Shown here piece by piece: positions 20,431 to 29,602 of a DNA stretch of 64,000 nt (positions are counted from its first letter, which is position 1; every line of letters begins with the position of its first letter). This stretch comes from Bacteroidales bacterium UBA6244 (GTDB taxonomy: Bacteria > Bacteroidota > Bacteroidia > Bacteroidales > F082), in NCBI GenBank assembly GCA_002440885.1, contig DJVY01000100.1:23702-87701 (forward strand), in the 5' to 3' direction. The position numbers were made by a program, and so were the translations under genes. Below the pieces are notes generated by a model. It was not told the DNA's origin, did no database searches, and saw nothing but the letters and a program-made list of their open reading frames with translations.

Positions 20431-23049
20431 ATGAAAAGAACGGTCTTTCTTCTGTTCATTGTACTGATTTTCAGTAACCTGTTGCACGCTACACATCAGC
20501 GGGCAGCCGAAATAACCTACCGCCATGTTTCGGGACTTACCTATGAGTTTACTGTTACCATGTACACCAGAACCTCAAGTCCGGCCGATGACAGCCGTGT
20601 AACCATGCCTATCTATTGGGGTGATAACACAGCAGATGAATTGCCACGTGAGTATTTTCAGCCAATCCCCGACGTGGATGACGTTACACTAAACATTTAT
20701 AAAGGGGAACACACTTTTCCCGGCCCGGCAACCTATACCATTTCCGTTGAAGATCCAAACCGTAATTACGGTGTTTTGAATATTCCAAACTCGGTAAATG
20801 TGCCCATTTATGTTGAAACAACGCTTGTTATCAATCCCTTTTTGGGCTACAACAACAGTGTAGAGTTGCTCAACCCGCCCATCGATCAGGGGTGTGTAGG
20901 CAAAACCTATATCCATAACCCGGGAGCTTACGACATCGATGGCGACAGCCTGAGTTATCGACTGGTGGTATGTAAGGGGGCTGGTGGGTTTGATATCCCC
21001 GGGTATTCTTACCCGTTGTCATCTGATTATTTTCAGATTGATGCCTTTACAGGTGATATAATCTGGGAAACGCCGGTGCTGCAAGGGGAATACAATGTGG
21101 CCTTCGTAATTGAAGAATGGCGTTTTGGAACTAAGATATCCTCGGTAAGGCGCGACATGCAGATCAATATTGTGGCCTGCGATCACGACCCTCCTGATAT
21201 TTACACCATTGACGATACGTGTGTGGTGGCAGGTGATTTCCTCCAGTTCGAGGTGACTGCCATCGATCCGGATGCTACTTATGTTGAGCTTACAGCCTTT
21301 GGCGGTCCTTTTGAGCAGACTTTTAACCCGGCCTATATTCAACCTGATCCGGCCACGGGAAATGATACCGTATCTGTCGTCTTTAACTGGCCTACCCTGT
21401 GCAACCATGTGCGGTTGTCGCCCTATTCGGCAACTTTTAAGGCCAAAGACAATGGTTTTCCGGTGAACCTGGTGAATTTTAAAACTGTTTTTATTCAGGT
21501 GATTGCCCCTCAACCGGAAAACCTTGAAGCCGAAGCGCTAGGCATCGGTATAAACCTTACCTGGAAGCCATCGGTATGTACCAATGCCATCGGGTATAAG
21601 ATTTATCGGCGCGAGAGTCCATCAGGCTGGAATCCGGATTTCTGCGAAACAGGTGTGCCGGCCTACACAGGTTTTAAACTGATTCAGGAACTTGACGGGA
21701 CTTCTGTTACAAGTTTCAGAGACGACAACAATGGAAATGGATTGGTGGTGGGCGTAGATTATTGCTACCGTGTAACGGCGGCGTTCTTCGACGGAGCTGA
21801 AAGCATTGCCTCTAATGAAGCCTGCGCTTACCTCAAACGCGATGTGCCTGTTATTACGCATGTAAGTAACGACAGCAGTGACCTGCTGCTGGGGAATGTG
21901 CTTGTTGATTGGACGAAACCTGTGGAGTTGGACACGATACAGTTTCCCGGTCCATATCGTTATGTTTTGTTGCGCTCCGAAGGCTTGGTGTGGAATAACC
22001 CACAGCAAGTGGCCGTGTTCACGGGTTTGGACGATACTAGTTACTACGACCGTGCGGTAAACATTAACGAGCAGTTGTTCCCGTACAGCTATAAAATTGA
22101 TCTGGAAAGTGAAACGGTAGGCTATATTGGGAGCTCACAGCAGGCTTCGTCTATTTATCTGGAGACTTTTCCAACAGATCATGAGATAAAACTGGAGTGG
22201 TCGCCGTTGGTTCCGTGGACGAATTACCTGTATTTCATTTTCAGAAAAGATCCCGGTGAAATTGATTACAGGCTAATTGATTCAACTACTCAGCTGTTCT
22301 ATCGTGATAAGGAACTTGTCAATGGACTTGAATATTGTTACTATCTCAGCGCTCATGGTCGTTATACCATACCAGGTATACAAGATCCGCTGATTAATAT
22401 CAGCCAGCTTACCTGTGCCATACCCGTCGACAATATACCTCCCTGCCAGCCTGAACTCTCTGTTTTTACCGATTGTGAGCAGGTGAGTAACGAACTCAGG
22501 CTGTACCTGCCATACGACTCGTGTAGTTATGATGCGCTCAAATACTATGTGTATTATATTCCCCCCGGAGGAACTGTGGGAGGGTTAATCGACTCAGTAA
22601 GTTTTATATACGGCGACACAAGTTACTACCTGCATACCGATATCGAAAATGTGGTCGGTTGCTATTATGCTACCGCTATCGACTCAGTAGGAAATATCAG
22701 TCAGCCCAGCGTAATCAGGTGTGTGGGCTATGATGCCTGTCCGGTTTATGCTTTACCGAATGTTTTTTCACCCAATGGCGATTCGTTTAACGATCTGCTT
22801 ATTCCAATGGACGGACAATCATCGAACCCCAAAGCCAATGTCGACCGCATTGATTTGGCTATTTTCAACCGATGGGGAAAGGTGATGTTTACAACCACCG
22901 ATCCGGCAATAAACTGGGATGGAAAAAACAAAAACAACAACCAGGATTGTGAGGAGGGCGTTTATTATTATGTATGCGATGTATTCATTGTAACCCTGGA
23001 AGGAGAGCAAAAAATCAGGTTGCAAGGCTCAGTTTCGATAGTCAGATAG
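20431..23049 (+). CDS. large secreted/cell-surface protein with T9SS type-B (gliding-motility-associated) C-terminal sorting domain
   Basis: ATG 20431 gives signal peptide MKRTVFLLFIVLIFSNLLHA (the track start 20353 is TTG). The C-terminus NVFSPNGDSFNDLL...IFNRWGKVMF...WDGKNKNN...EGVYYYVCDV matches the type-B CTD consensus. The body is beta-rich and Ig/FN3-like. Confidence 0.8.
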   Translation: MKRTVFLLFIVLIFSNLLHATHQRAAEITYRHVSGLTYEFTVTMYTRTSSPADDSRVTMPIYWGDNTADELPREYFQPIPDVDDVTLNIYKGEHTFPGPATYTISVEDPNRNYGVLNIPNSVNVPIYVETTLVINPFLGYNNSVELLNPPIDQGCVGKTYIHNPGAYDIDGDSLSYRLVVCKGAGGFDIPGYSYPLSSDYFQIDAFTGDIIWETPVLQGEYNVAFVIEEWRFGTKISSVRRDMQINIVACDHDPPDIYTIDDTCVVAGDFLQFEVTAIDPDATYVELTAFGGPFEQTFNPAYIQPDPATGNDTVSVVFNWPTLCNHVRLSPYSATFKAKDNGFPVNLVNFKTVFIQVIAPQPENLEAEALGIGINLTWKPSVCTNAIGYKIYRRESPSGWNPDFCETGVPAYTGFKLIQELDGTSVTSFRDDNNGNGLVVGVDYCYRVTAAFFDGAESIASNEACAYLKRDVPVITHVSNDSSDLLLGNVLVDWTKPVELDTIQFPGPYRYVLLRSEGLVWNNPQQVAVFTGLDDTSYYDRAVNINEQLFPYSYKIDLESETVGYIGSSQQASSIYLETFPTDHEIKLEWSPLVPWTNYLYFIFRKDPGEIDYRLIDSTTQLFYRDKELVNGLEYCYYLSAHGRYTIPGIQDPLINISQLTCAIPVDNIPPCQPELSVFTDCEQVSNELRLYLPYDSCSYDALKYYVYYIPPGGTVGGLIDSVSFIYGDTSYYLHTDIENVVGCYYATAIDSVGNISQPSVIRCVGYDACPVYALPNVFSPNGDSFNDLLIPMDGQSSNPKANVDRIDLAIFNRWGKVMFTTTDPAINWDGKNKNNNQDCEEGVYYYVCDVFIVTLEGEQKIRLQGSVSIVR

Positions 23050-23212
23050 GTTGTGAATATTGATAAGCCGCGAATCAAACTTAATACCTAATGTGATTAT
23101 TGGTGGCGTAGAGTTCTGAGTAACATCCTGATTTGAACCCTTAGCTTCAAGGTTTTGTTAAATGTTTATTCAAATCATCTGGAGGAGACCCTGCCGATCA
23201 AAAAAAATCAAT

Positions 23213-23220
23213 TATTTTTG
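23213..23220 (+). promoter_or_regulatory. -7 promoter box (TAnnTTTG) for the ftsB-like gene
   Basis: TATTTTTG lies 17 nt upstream of ATG 23237. Confidence 0.45.
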
Positions 23221-23236
23221 TAGAAATATCCATCGC

Positions 23237-23530
23237 ATGTACTACAAAAAGTATCTACACAATAAGTACTTCTATACCGCGCTTTTGTTTGGTGTATGGA
23301 TACTGTTTTTCGACCAGGAGAGCATGGTAGAACAATACCGGCTTTCAAAAACCCGTGAAGGACTTCAGGAACAGAAATTATTTTACCAGCAGGAGATCAT
23401 TCAAACCGGGAAAGCTGTGAATACCCTGCAAAATGATTCGGTGAGTCTGGAGCGCTATGCCCGTGAAAAGTATTTTATGAAGAAAAAAAATGAAGACGTA
23501 TACGTGATAGTGAAAGAATCAGAGGAATAA
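23237..23530 (+). CDS. septum formation initiator (FtsB/DivIC) family protein
   Basis: 97 aa from ATG 23237. One TM helix (YFYTALLFGVWILFF), a coiled coil, and a C-terminal ERYAREKYFMKKKNEDVYVI block typical of the family. Confidence 0.7.
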   Translation: MYYKKYLHNKYFYTALLFGVWILFFDQESMVEQYRLSKTREGLQEQKLFYQQEIIQTGKAVNTLQNDSVSLERYAREKYFMKKKNEDVYVIVKESEE

Positions 23531-23583
23531 CCAACATTAGCGAAGTTTCGGTCTTAGGCACTAAGCTATGCTGAATGCGTAAT

Positions 23584-24423
23584 TTATTTGGACATGTCAA
23601 GTTTAGTGTGGGGAACTGTTGTTCGGACATAATAGTTTTTAAAAAAGTACATTTTTCGTATTTCTGTTGAATCATCAATATATCCATTATCTTCAACTTC
23701 TTCTATTAAACCTGCAAAAGAATGTAAACCAGTGACTTTTGGAACATGCGAATACTTAAACTTAAGTGAATCGGTAAAAATTTGTCTGAGATGAATTGAA
23801 TCGCCAGGAATAACAAAATTAATTAACATCTTACTTTTTTTGAAATAGGGTGCAACTAAATTTATTTCTGCCTCAAATGTTTCACCTAGATTTATCGTGT
23901 CTTTTGGAATAATTATCTCATAAAAATTACTTCGTTCTAAGATAGTATCCTGATTTCTATCAAGTACTATTATTTCATTTACCTGATTTTCGCCACTGTA
24001 GAAATAATATCTGACTATTAACCTCTTTAATAATAATGGTGCATCATAGAATTGTGTTTTTTCAACAACATTCCCGTTTTCATATTTTCCATTTTCCTTT
24101 AAATGTCCACTCTCATAGTAAATTGAATATTCACCATCATACACATTATCAGATAAATAGTATTCAGACTCAAGTTTTCCATTTTCGTAAAAACTTTCAC
24201 TCTTGCCATTGAGGGTGTCATTAACCCAGTTTTTTATGAACATAATTTCCTTGCTCTTATAGTACCCGGTTTGCACACCATTTTTTCTCCCATCCTGCAT
24301 CTGGGTTTTTGTTTTTAATTCCCCAGTATGATAATATTTAACTGTGAAATTATCGTAAGTACATGAGGTAATCACTAATGCTAAAATTAGACTTTTACGG
24401 GGGAATTTATTTAGATTTATCAT
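23584..24423 (-). CDS. lipoprotein with MORN-variant (YwqK-like) repeats
   Basis: ATG 24423 gives a lipoprotein signal MINLNKFPRKSLILALVITSC (the track start 24456 is TTG). Repeats of the G..Y(Y/F)..G.L type: GVQTGYYKSKE, NGKSESFYENGKLESEYY, DGEYSIYYESGHLKENGKYENG. Conspicuously AT-rich. Confidence 0.6.
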   Translation of the reverse strand: MINLNKFPRKSLILALVITSCTYDNFTVKYYHTGELKTKTQMQDGRKNGVQTGYYKSKEIMFIKNWVNDTLNGKSESFYENGKLESEYYLSDNVYDGEYSIYYESGHLKENGKYENGNVVEKTQFYDAPLLLKRLIVRYYFYSGENQVNEIIVLDRNQDTILERSNFYEIIIPKDTINLGETFEAEINLVAPYFKKSKMLINFVIPGDSIHLRQIFTDSLKFKYSHVPKVTGLHSFAGLIEEVEDNGYIDDSTEIRKMYFFKNYYVRTTVPHTKLDMSK

Positions 24424-24511
24424 ACATACTTTCAGGTTATTGTTCTTATTAATCAATGTTTTACTTTATCCAATCATGTTTTAATAATGGAGTATCTTTA
24501 GAAGAGACAGG

Positions 24512-25048
24512 TCAAATTGATAAAACAGGCCTGTAAAATTTATCCTTATTAACATCGTAGACTTCAATTATTCCGTATGAATTATAACTCTTCTTTAAAA
24601 AGAATACCTTTTTTTTCAATGTTGCTTTTGGCATAATGATATTTGACATTGAGATACATATTATGCTATCATTGATAAAAAAGGGCTCAGAAAAAATTAT
24701 TACGTTTTTGTTTAACATGATTGTATCTTGAACAAAGGTTATATTAAACATTGTATCTAATCTATCAAGAATCGGCCCATTAGTTCTTTTTCTTAGGTAA
24801 TAATAAACAGAATCGTGAAATTGATAACCAATTTTTTCTGAACGATCCTTATAAATGGATGAAATTAAGTCTTTCGATTTATCATTTTCATAGTTCTTGA
24901 ACACATATGGCTTTTCCCCTTCAGCGAATGCTAATGTATACGTTAATATGTTTTTCCAATCACTTGCAGTAAAACTTTTAGCTTTTTTGCTTTCTGTTTT
25001 GCAACCTAGCAAAATGAGTATAAGAAAAAGAAATTTGAATTCTCTCAT
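24512..25048 (-). CDS. hypothetical lipoprotein
   Basis: 178 aa. Lipobox MREFKFLFLILILLGC. No recognisable motif. Same AT-rich composition as the neighbouring MORN-repeat gene. Confidence 0.5.
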   Translation of the reverse strand: MREFKFLFLILILLGCKTESKKAKSFTASDWKNILTYTLAFAEGEKPYVFKNYENDKSKDLISSIYKDRSEKIGYQFHDSVYYYLRKRTNGPILDRLDTMFNITFVQDTIMLNKNVIIFSEPFFINDSIICISMSNIIMPKATLKKKVFFLKKSYNSYGIIEVYDVNKDKFYRPVLSI

Positions 25049-25314
25049 CGTTTTGTGTTTAATTGTATAACTTTTCGTTGGTCATTGCCCTCTGATAATA
25101 ATGGTGCCTTGAGTATAGAATACTTGCCATTTTCATATACCAACATTACACTATCGCCAGTGGGTGGTTTCCATTGGTTGTGGCTGGCTAAGCGTGGGTA
25201 TGTATCGTAATCTGTTCATATATTATTTTATACTATCTTTTTCCGGTTTGTTTGGTAAATTATTATTTGGATTTATCAGCTTTAAAGATCTTTTAGTTGT
25301 TTTTGTTTCTCCAG

Positions 25315-26064
25315 TTACATTTCGAGGTCTGTCGGAAGGCGACCGTGGGAGTGACCGCGCAACTTCGCCCGATTAAGTTTAACCCTTCCTTTTTGCCTCC
25401 GTTTTTTAAGCGCCTTAGTAAAGACCTCTTTGCCCATTCGTTTGCCGTGAGCCGGATAGCAGGTCGTTATGGGTAGTGTGTCAAAGTATTTCCAGGTTTC
25501 TATCAGGCGGGCTTCGTCGTTGGCAAAGGGAGGCCAAACCATACCTGCTACATTGAAAAGGCTGTCGCCGGCAAATAAATTACCCTCAAAGATCAGTGAT
25601 GAAGATCCCAGTGTATGGCCGGGTGTGTGCACTATCAGAGCTTCAGCTCCCAGATCCTTTGCGGAATATGCTGTTTGAAACACAATGTCCGGATTTGCAG
25701 CCTTAAAAGAAGCATGTGATTTACTGAACCGTTGCCCTAAAAACGAAATGATTTTAAACACCAGGTTTGTTCCGTTGGGAACCGCATGTGTGCCTTGTTT
25801 TAGCATGCCTGACTCACTTTCGTGAACAATGATGGGTGCTCCACTGGCTTCCTGAAGCAAAAAGGCATTCCCGGCATGGTCGTAATGGGTGTGCGTTAGA
25901 AAAATGAATTGCAGGTTCCGCAAGTCTAATCCGTGCGAATGAATGCGCCTGGCGATGGATTGGAAATGACCCGGACTTCCTGTGTCGACAAGAAAAAAGC
26001 CGGAGACATGGATTACAAGATAGCAATGCCCAACTCCTGCCATGATGGGGATGATTTTTGTCAT
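25315..26064 (-). CDS. MBL-fold metallo-hydrolase
   Basis: 249 aa. HTHYDHAGN (HxHxDH), VHTPGHT, GDSLF, YPAHG. The ATG overlaps the upstream stop (ATGA, 26061-26064). Confidence 0.75.
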   Translation of the reverse strand: MTKIIPIMAGVGHCYLVIHVSGFFLVDTGSPGHFQSIARRIHSHGLDLRNLQFIFLTHTHYDHAGNAFLLQEASGAPIIVHESESGMLKQGTHAVPNGTNLVFKIISFLGQRFSKSHASFKAANPDIVFQTAYSAKDLGAEALIVHTPGHTLGSSSLIFEGNLFAGDSLFNVAGMVWPPFANDEARLIETWKYFDTLPITTCYPAHGKRMGKEVFTKALKKRRQKGRVKLNRAKLRGHSHGRLPTDLEM

Positions 26065-27500
26065 TTTACAGGCACTGTTTGATAAATAGAGAAATTTTCG
26101 TTGTCGAAAATACGCTTTTCAGGTAAATGAATGGCTGTGCCAAAGCTTTTTTTAAGAATGACAATGTAGCTTAATCCGTGTTTTTTGAGATTGTTTCGGT
26201 AAGCTTCCGACAACAGATCATCGTTGGGGGCTACCCATCCTCTGCGGTGTGCAAAGTACATTGGGGTTGGGTAATATCCACTGTTTATGGCGATTAAATC
26301 TTCCTGGTGGCTGAAACGATCAAGCACTTGTTCGAGCTCAAGGATGGGTAAGTCTTTTTCTTTCAGACGGAAATCGTGCTGCTGATTGGCTAACCCTTCA
26401 ACAACTATTGCCAGAAGTAGCCAGCGCGACAATCCTTTTCGTTTGATTTGGGTTAGTCCGTACCCCGCCAGCAAGGCCATAACCGGTACAAAAGGAATGA
26501 TGTAGTAACTGTGAAAAGCAAAGGTTTGTCCGGCTTTTAAAACAATGAGCAGGTAGGGGAGCGAGACAAAAGCGAAAATGCCCAGCATCTTTTTGTTTTT
26601 CTTGTAAAAAGCAAAAAACAAACCCAGTAAAAAGGCTGCGAAACCTATAAATTTCAGTGCGTTATCGTAAAAGTTTTTAAGGCTTTCGTTCCAAAAAGTT
26701 ATAATTTCCCGACCTCCGGTAATGAGCTCTTTGCCCATAAAAAAATGCCAGAATCCAAATTGCTCCACGAGGTGCGGAACCCAATAAAAATACCAGAAGG
26801 CCACAGGGATCATGGCCAGAATGGAGGCCATGATGAGGTTTATCCGGCGTTGTCTGTTTACTTGAGGGCTTAAGAGCAATGGGAGTATCGCACCCAACAA
26901 GCATGCTGCAGGGAGCTTTGAAAGCGTGCCCAACAAAACCAGAAAAAAGAAGGTGATCAGGTTAGCAACCGACGGTCGTCTGTCGAGGTAGTTTGTGCCA
27001 AAATACAGGCCTGTTATGATAAGGGAGGTGGAAAACGTGTCGGGCATTATTTTTCTGCTGTAAGCAAACCAGATAGAGGCTAAAAGGACAACCGAGGCAT
27101 AAAGAGCTGTTCTTTGATTGAAGTATTTCGTTATTAACAGATAAAAAAACCAGATACCTAGCGAAGAAATCGTGAGGTTGATTAACCGTCCATACCAGTG
27201 ATCGTAGCCAAAAACCAGCGAAACAAGGTATATCAGGTAGTTGAGCAGTGGGAACTCCATGCCGGTAATGCCACTGAGATCACCAGCTATGTCGATACGC
27301 GGATAAAAGGGGTTGGCTTCTATTTCGTAAAAATTACGTGCCACCATAGCGACCGTGGTCTGACGCCAGTTATGGGCCATGTCGAGGGGTGGAAGCCAGA
27401 TGTTGTATAGCCGCAAGATAAAAAACAGCAGTATCCAGAAACGGACATCACCAAAAGCAAGAGTTATCTGACTTTGTAAAGCCGCTAACCCCCTTTTCAT
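26061..27500 (-). CDS. GT-C fold membrane glycosyltransferase-like protein (GT39/ArnT-like)
   Basis: 479 aa, with 11 or more hydrophobic helices followed by a ~100-aa soluble C-terminus. The layout is typical of ArnT/PMT-like enzymes. The call is by topology and composition only. Its start overlaps the hutU stop by 1 nt. Confidence 0.5.
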   Translation of the reverse strand: MKRGLAALQSQITLAFGDVRFWILLFFILRLYNIWLPPLDMAHNWRQTTVAMVARNFYEIEANPFYPRIDIAGDLSGITGMEFPLLNYLIYLVSLVFGYDHWYGRLINLTISSLGIWFFYLLITKYFNQRTALYASVVLLASIWFAYSRKIMPDTFSTSLIITGLYFGTNYLDRRPSVANLITFFFLVLLGTLSKLPAACLLGAILPLLLSPQVNRQRRINLIMASILAMIPVAFWYFYWVPHLVEQFGFWHFFMGKELITGGREIITFWNESLKNFYDNALKFIGFAAFLLGLFFAFYKKNKKMLGIFAFVSLPYLLIVLKAGQTFAFHSYYIIPFVPVMALLAGYGLTQIKRKGLSRWLLLAIVVEGLANQQHDFRLKEKDLPILELEQVLDRFSHQEDLIAINSGYYPTPMYFAHRRGWVAPNDDLLSEAYRNNLKKHGLSYIVILKKSFGTAIHLPEKRIFDNENFSIYQTVPVK

Positions 27501-29506
27501 CAGTTTATGTTTTGTATTATTTGCTGGTCGACCAGGTGAGGCAAGGTAACGCGCAGCAATGGATTTTCGTTCATCGCCCTTGTTATGGCTGTGATTGCGC
27601 CATCATTTCTGGCCCAGCTTCGTCGTGAGATGCCGTTGTTCACATCCCAGAACAGCATGCTTTTAAGTCTCCGGTCTGCTTCCTGACTGCCGTCGAGGAG
27701 CATACCGAAACCGCCATTGATCACTTCGCCCCAGCCTACGCCGCCGCCGTTGTGTATCGAAACCCAGGTAGCACCCCTGAACGCGTCTCCTATGACATTT
27801 TGAATGGCCATGTCTGCCGTAAAGCTCGATCCGTCGTAGATATTGGATGTTTCCCTGAAAGGGGAGTCGGTACCGCTTACATCATGGTGATCGCGGCCTA
27901 ATACCACCGGAGCTGAGATTCTTCCGTCTTGGATGGCCTGGTTAAAGGCTTCCGCGATTTTTATCCGGCCATTGGCATCGGCATACAAAATGCGGGCCTG
28001 TGAGCCTACCACCAGTTTGTTTTGCTGAGCGCCTTTGATCCATTGGATATTGTCGGCCATTTGGCTTTGGATGTCATTTTCAGATACGTCCATCAGGTTT
28101 TCAAGCACTTCGCAGGCTATTAAGTCGGTCGTTTCCAGGTCTTTTGGGTTACCTGAGGTGCAAACCCAGCGGAATGGGCCAAACCCGTAATCGAAAAACA
28201 TCGGTCCCATGATGTCCTGAACATAGGAGGGGTATTTGAAATGAATTCCATCTTGCGCCATCACCTCTGCGCCGGCACGGGAGGCTTCGAGCAGGAAGGC
28301 GTTGCCATAATCGAAAAAGTAAGTGCCTCTTGCCGTGTGTATGTTGATGGCTGCGGCCTGACGGCGCAACGATGCATATACCTCGTTTTTAAACCTTTCG
28401 GGATCTTCGGCCATCATGCGGTTGGCTTCATCAAAAGTGAGCCCTGCCGGATAATAGCCTCCGGCCATTGGATTGTGCAGCGAAGTTTGGTCTGATCCCA
28501 GATCGACCCGTATGTTCTCGTCTGCAAATTTCTCCCATACATCCACAATGTTGCCTTCGTAGGCAATTGAAACGACTTCTTTTTTCTTTTTGGCTTCAAC
28601 CACACGAGCTACCAACACGTCCAGGTTATCGATTATTTCATCTACCCACCCTTGTTCATGTCTTTTTCGGGAGGCTTTGGGGTTAATTTCGGCTGTTACC
28701 GAAATCACGCCGGAAATGTTGGCGGCTTTTGGCTGAGCACCCGACATGCCTCCGAGTCCGGAAGTAACAAACAGTTTGCCTGAAAAGGGATCTTCTCCGG
28801 CTTTGGCCACTTTGCGGGCGGCATTCATCACGGTTATGGTTGTGCCGTGAACGATGCCTTGCGGTCCGATGTACATGTACGATCCCGCCGTCATCTGGCC
28901 ATATTGCGATACGCCAAGCGCGTTCATGCGTTCCCAGTCGTCGGGTTTTGAATAGTTGGGGATTACCATACCATTGGTTACCACCACCCTCGGTGCCTCT
29001 TCGTGTGAAGGGAAAAGTCCCATTGGATGCCCGCTATACATGGCCAGGGTTTGCTTGTCGGTCATGGTAGCGAGGTATTGCATGGTAAGGAGGTATTGCG
29101 CCCAGTTTTGGAACACAGCTCCATTTCCGCCATAGGTGATCAGTTCGTGGGGATGTTGTGCCACGGCCGGATCGAGGTTATTTTGAATCATCAACATGAT
29201 GGCGGCAGCCTGTCGGCTTTGATGCGGATACTCATCGATGTTGCGTGCGTAGATGGGGTAATCAGGTCTGAAACGGTGCATGTAAATCCTGCCGAAAAGT
29301 TCAAGCTCTTCGATAAATTCAGGGGCTAAGATGGTGTGGTGTTCAGGCGCAAAATAGCGCAGTGCATTTTGCAGTGCAAGTTTTTTTTCTTCCCGGGTAA
29401 GGATATCTTTGCGTTTGGGGGCATGACTCACCTGAGGGTCGAGGAGCTTTTTATGGGGTAAACGGGAGGGAATCCCTGCTAAAATGGCTTTTTGAAATTC
29501 GTTCAT
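27500..29506 (-). CDS. hutU: urocanate hydratase (long, eukaryote-like form)
   Basis: 668 aa. N-terminal VSHAPKRKDILTREEKKLALQNALRYF, the GLGGMSGAQPKA NAD loop, and end-to-end urocanase-like blocks. Confidence 0.9.
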   Translation of the reverse strand: MNEFQKAILAGIPSRLPHKKLLDPQVSHAPKRKDILTREEKKLALQNALRYFAPEHHTILAPEFIEELELFGRIYMHRFRPDYPIYARNIDEYPHQSRQAAAIMLMIQNNLDPAVAQHPHELITYGGNGAVFQNWAQYLLTMQYLATMTDKQTLAMYSGHPMGLFPSHEEAPRVVVTNGMVIPNYSKPDDWERMNALGVSQYGQMTAGSYMYIGPQGIVHGTTITVMNAARKVAKAGEDPFSGKLFVTSGLGGMSGAQPKAANISGVISVTAEINPKASRKRHEQGWVDEIIDNLDVLVARVVEAKKKKEVVSIAYEGNIVDVWEKFADENIRVDLGSDQTSLHNPMAGGYYPAGLTFDEANRMMAEDPERFKNEVYASLRRQAAAINIHTARGTYFFDYGNAFLLEASRAGAEVMAQDGIHFKYPSYVQDIMGPMFFDYGFGPFRWVCTSGNPKDLETTDLIACEVLENLMDVSENDIQSQMADNIQWIKGAQQNKLVVGSQARILYADANGRIKIAEAFNQAIQDGRISAPVVLGRDHHDVSGTDSPFRETSNIYDGSSFTADMAIQNVIGDAFRGATWVSIHNGGGVGWGEVINGGFGMLLDGSQEADRRLKSMLFWDVNNGISRRSWARNDGAITAITRAMNENPLLRVTLPHLVDQQIIQNIN

Positions 29507-29534
29507 GATCTTTCAGACTAATTTGATTCGGATG

Positions 29535-29542
29535 CAAAATTA
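29535..29542 (-). promoter_or_regulatory. -7 promoter box (TAnnTTTG) for hutU operon
   Basis: The minus strand reads TAATTTTG, 29 nt upstream of ATG 29506. Confidence 0.45.
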
Positions 29543-29602
29543 GTACAAATTCATGGTTTTTTGCCGATAAAATCAGGAATCAGGACTTGAATTTCATCTG
29601 GT

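Noticed and set aside
25045-25215. Open frame on the minus strand (TDYDTYPRLASHNQWKPPTGDSVMLVYENGKYSILKAPLLSEGNDQRKVIQLNTKR*) whose TGA overlaps the ATG of the 24512-25048 lipoprotein gene.
   Set aside because: It is bounded upstream by an in-frame TGA (25218-25216). The only internal ATG leaves 33 codons. There is no promoter box or motif. It is probably a gene remnant or chance ORF, and I mention it only as part of the low-G+C islet.
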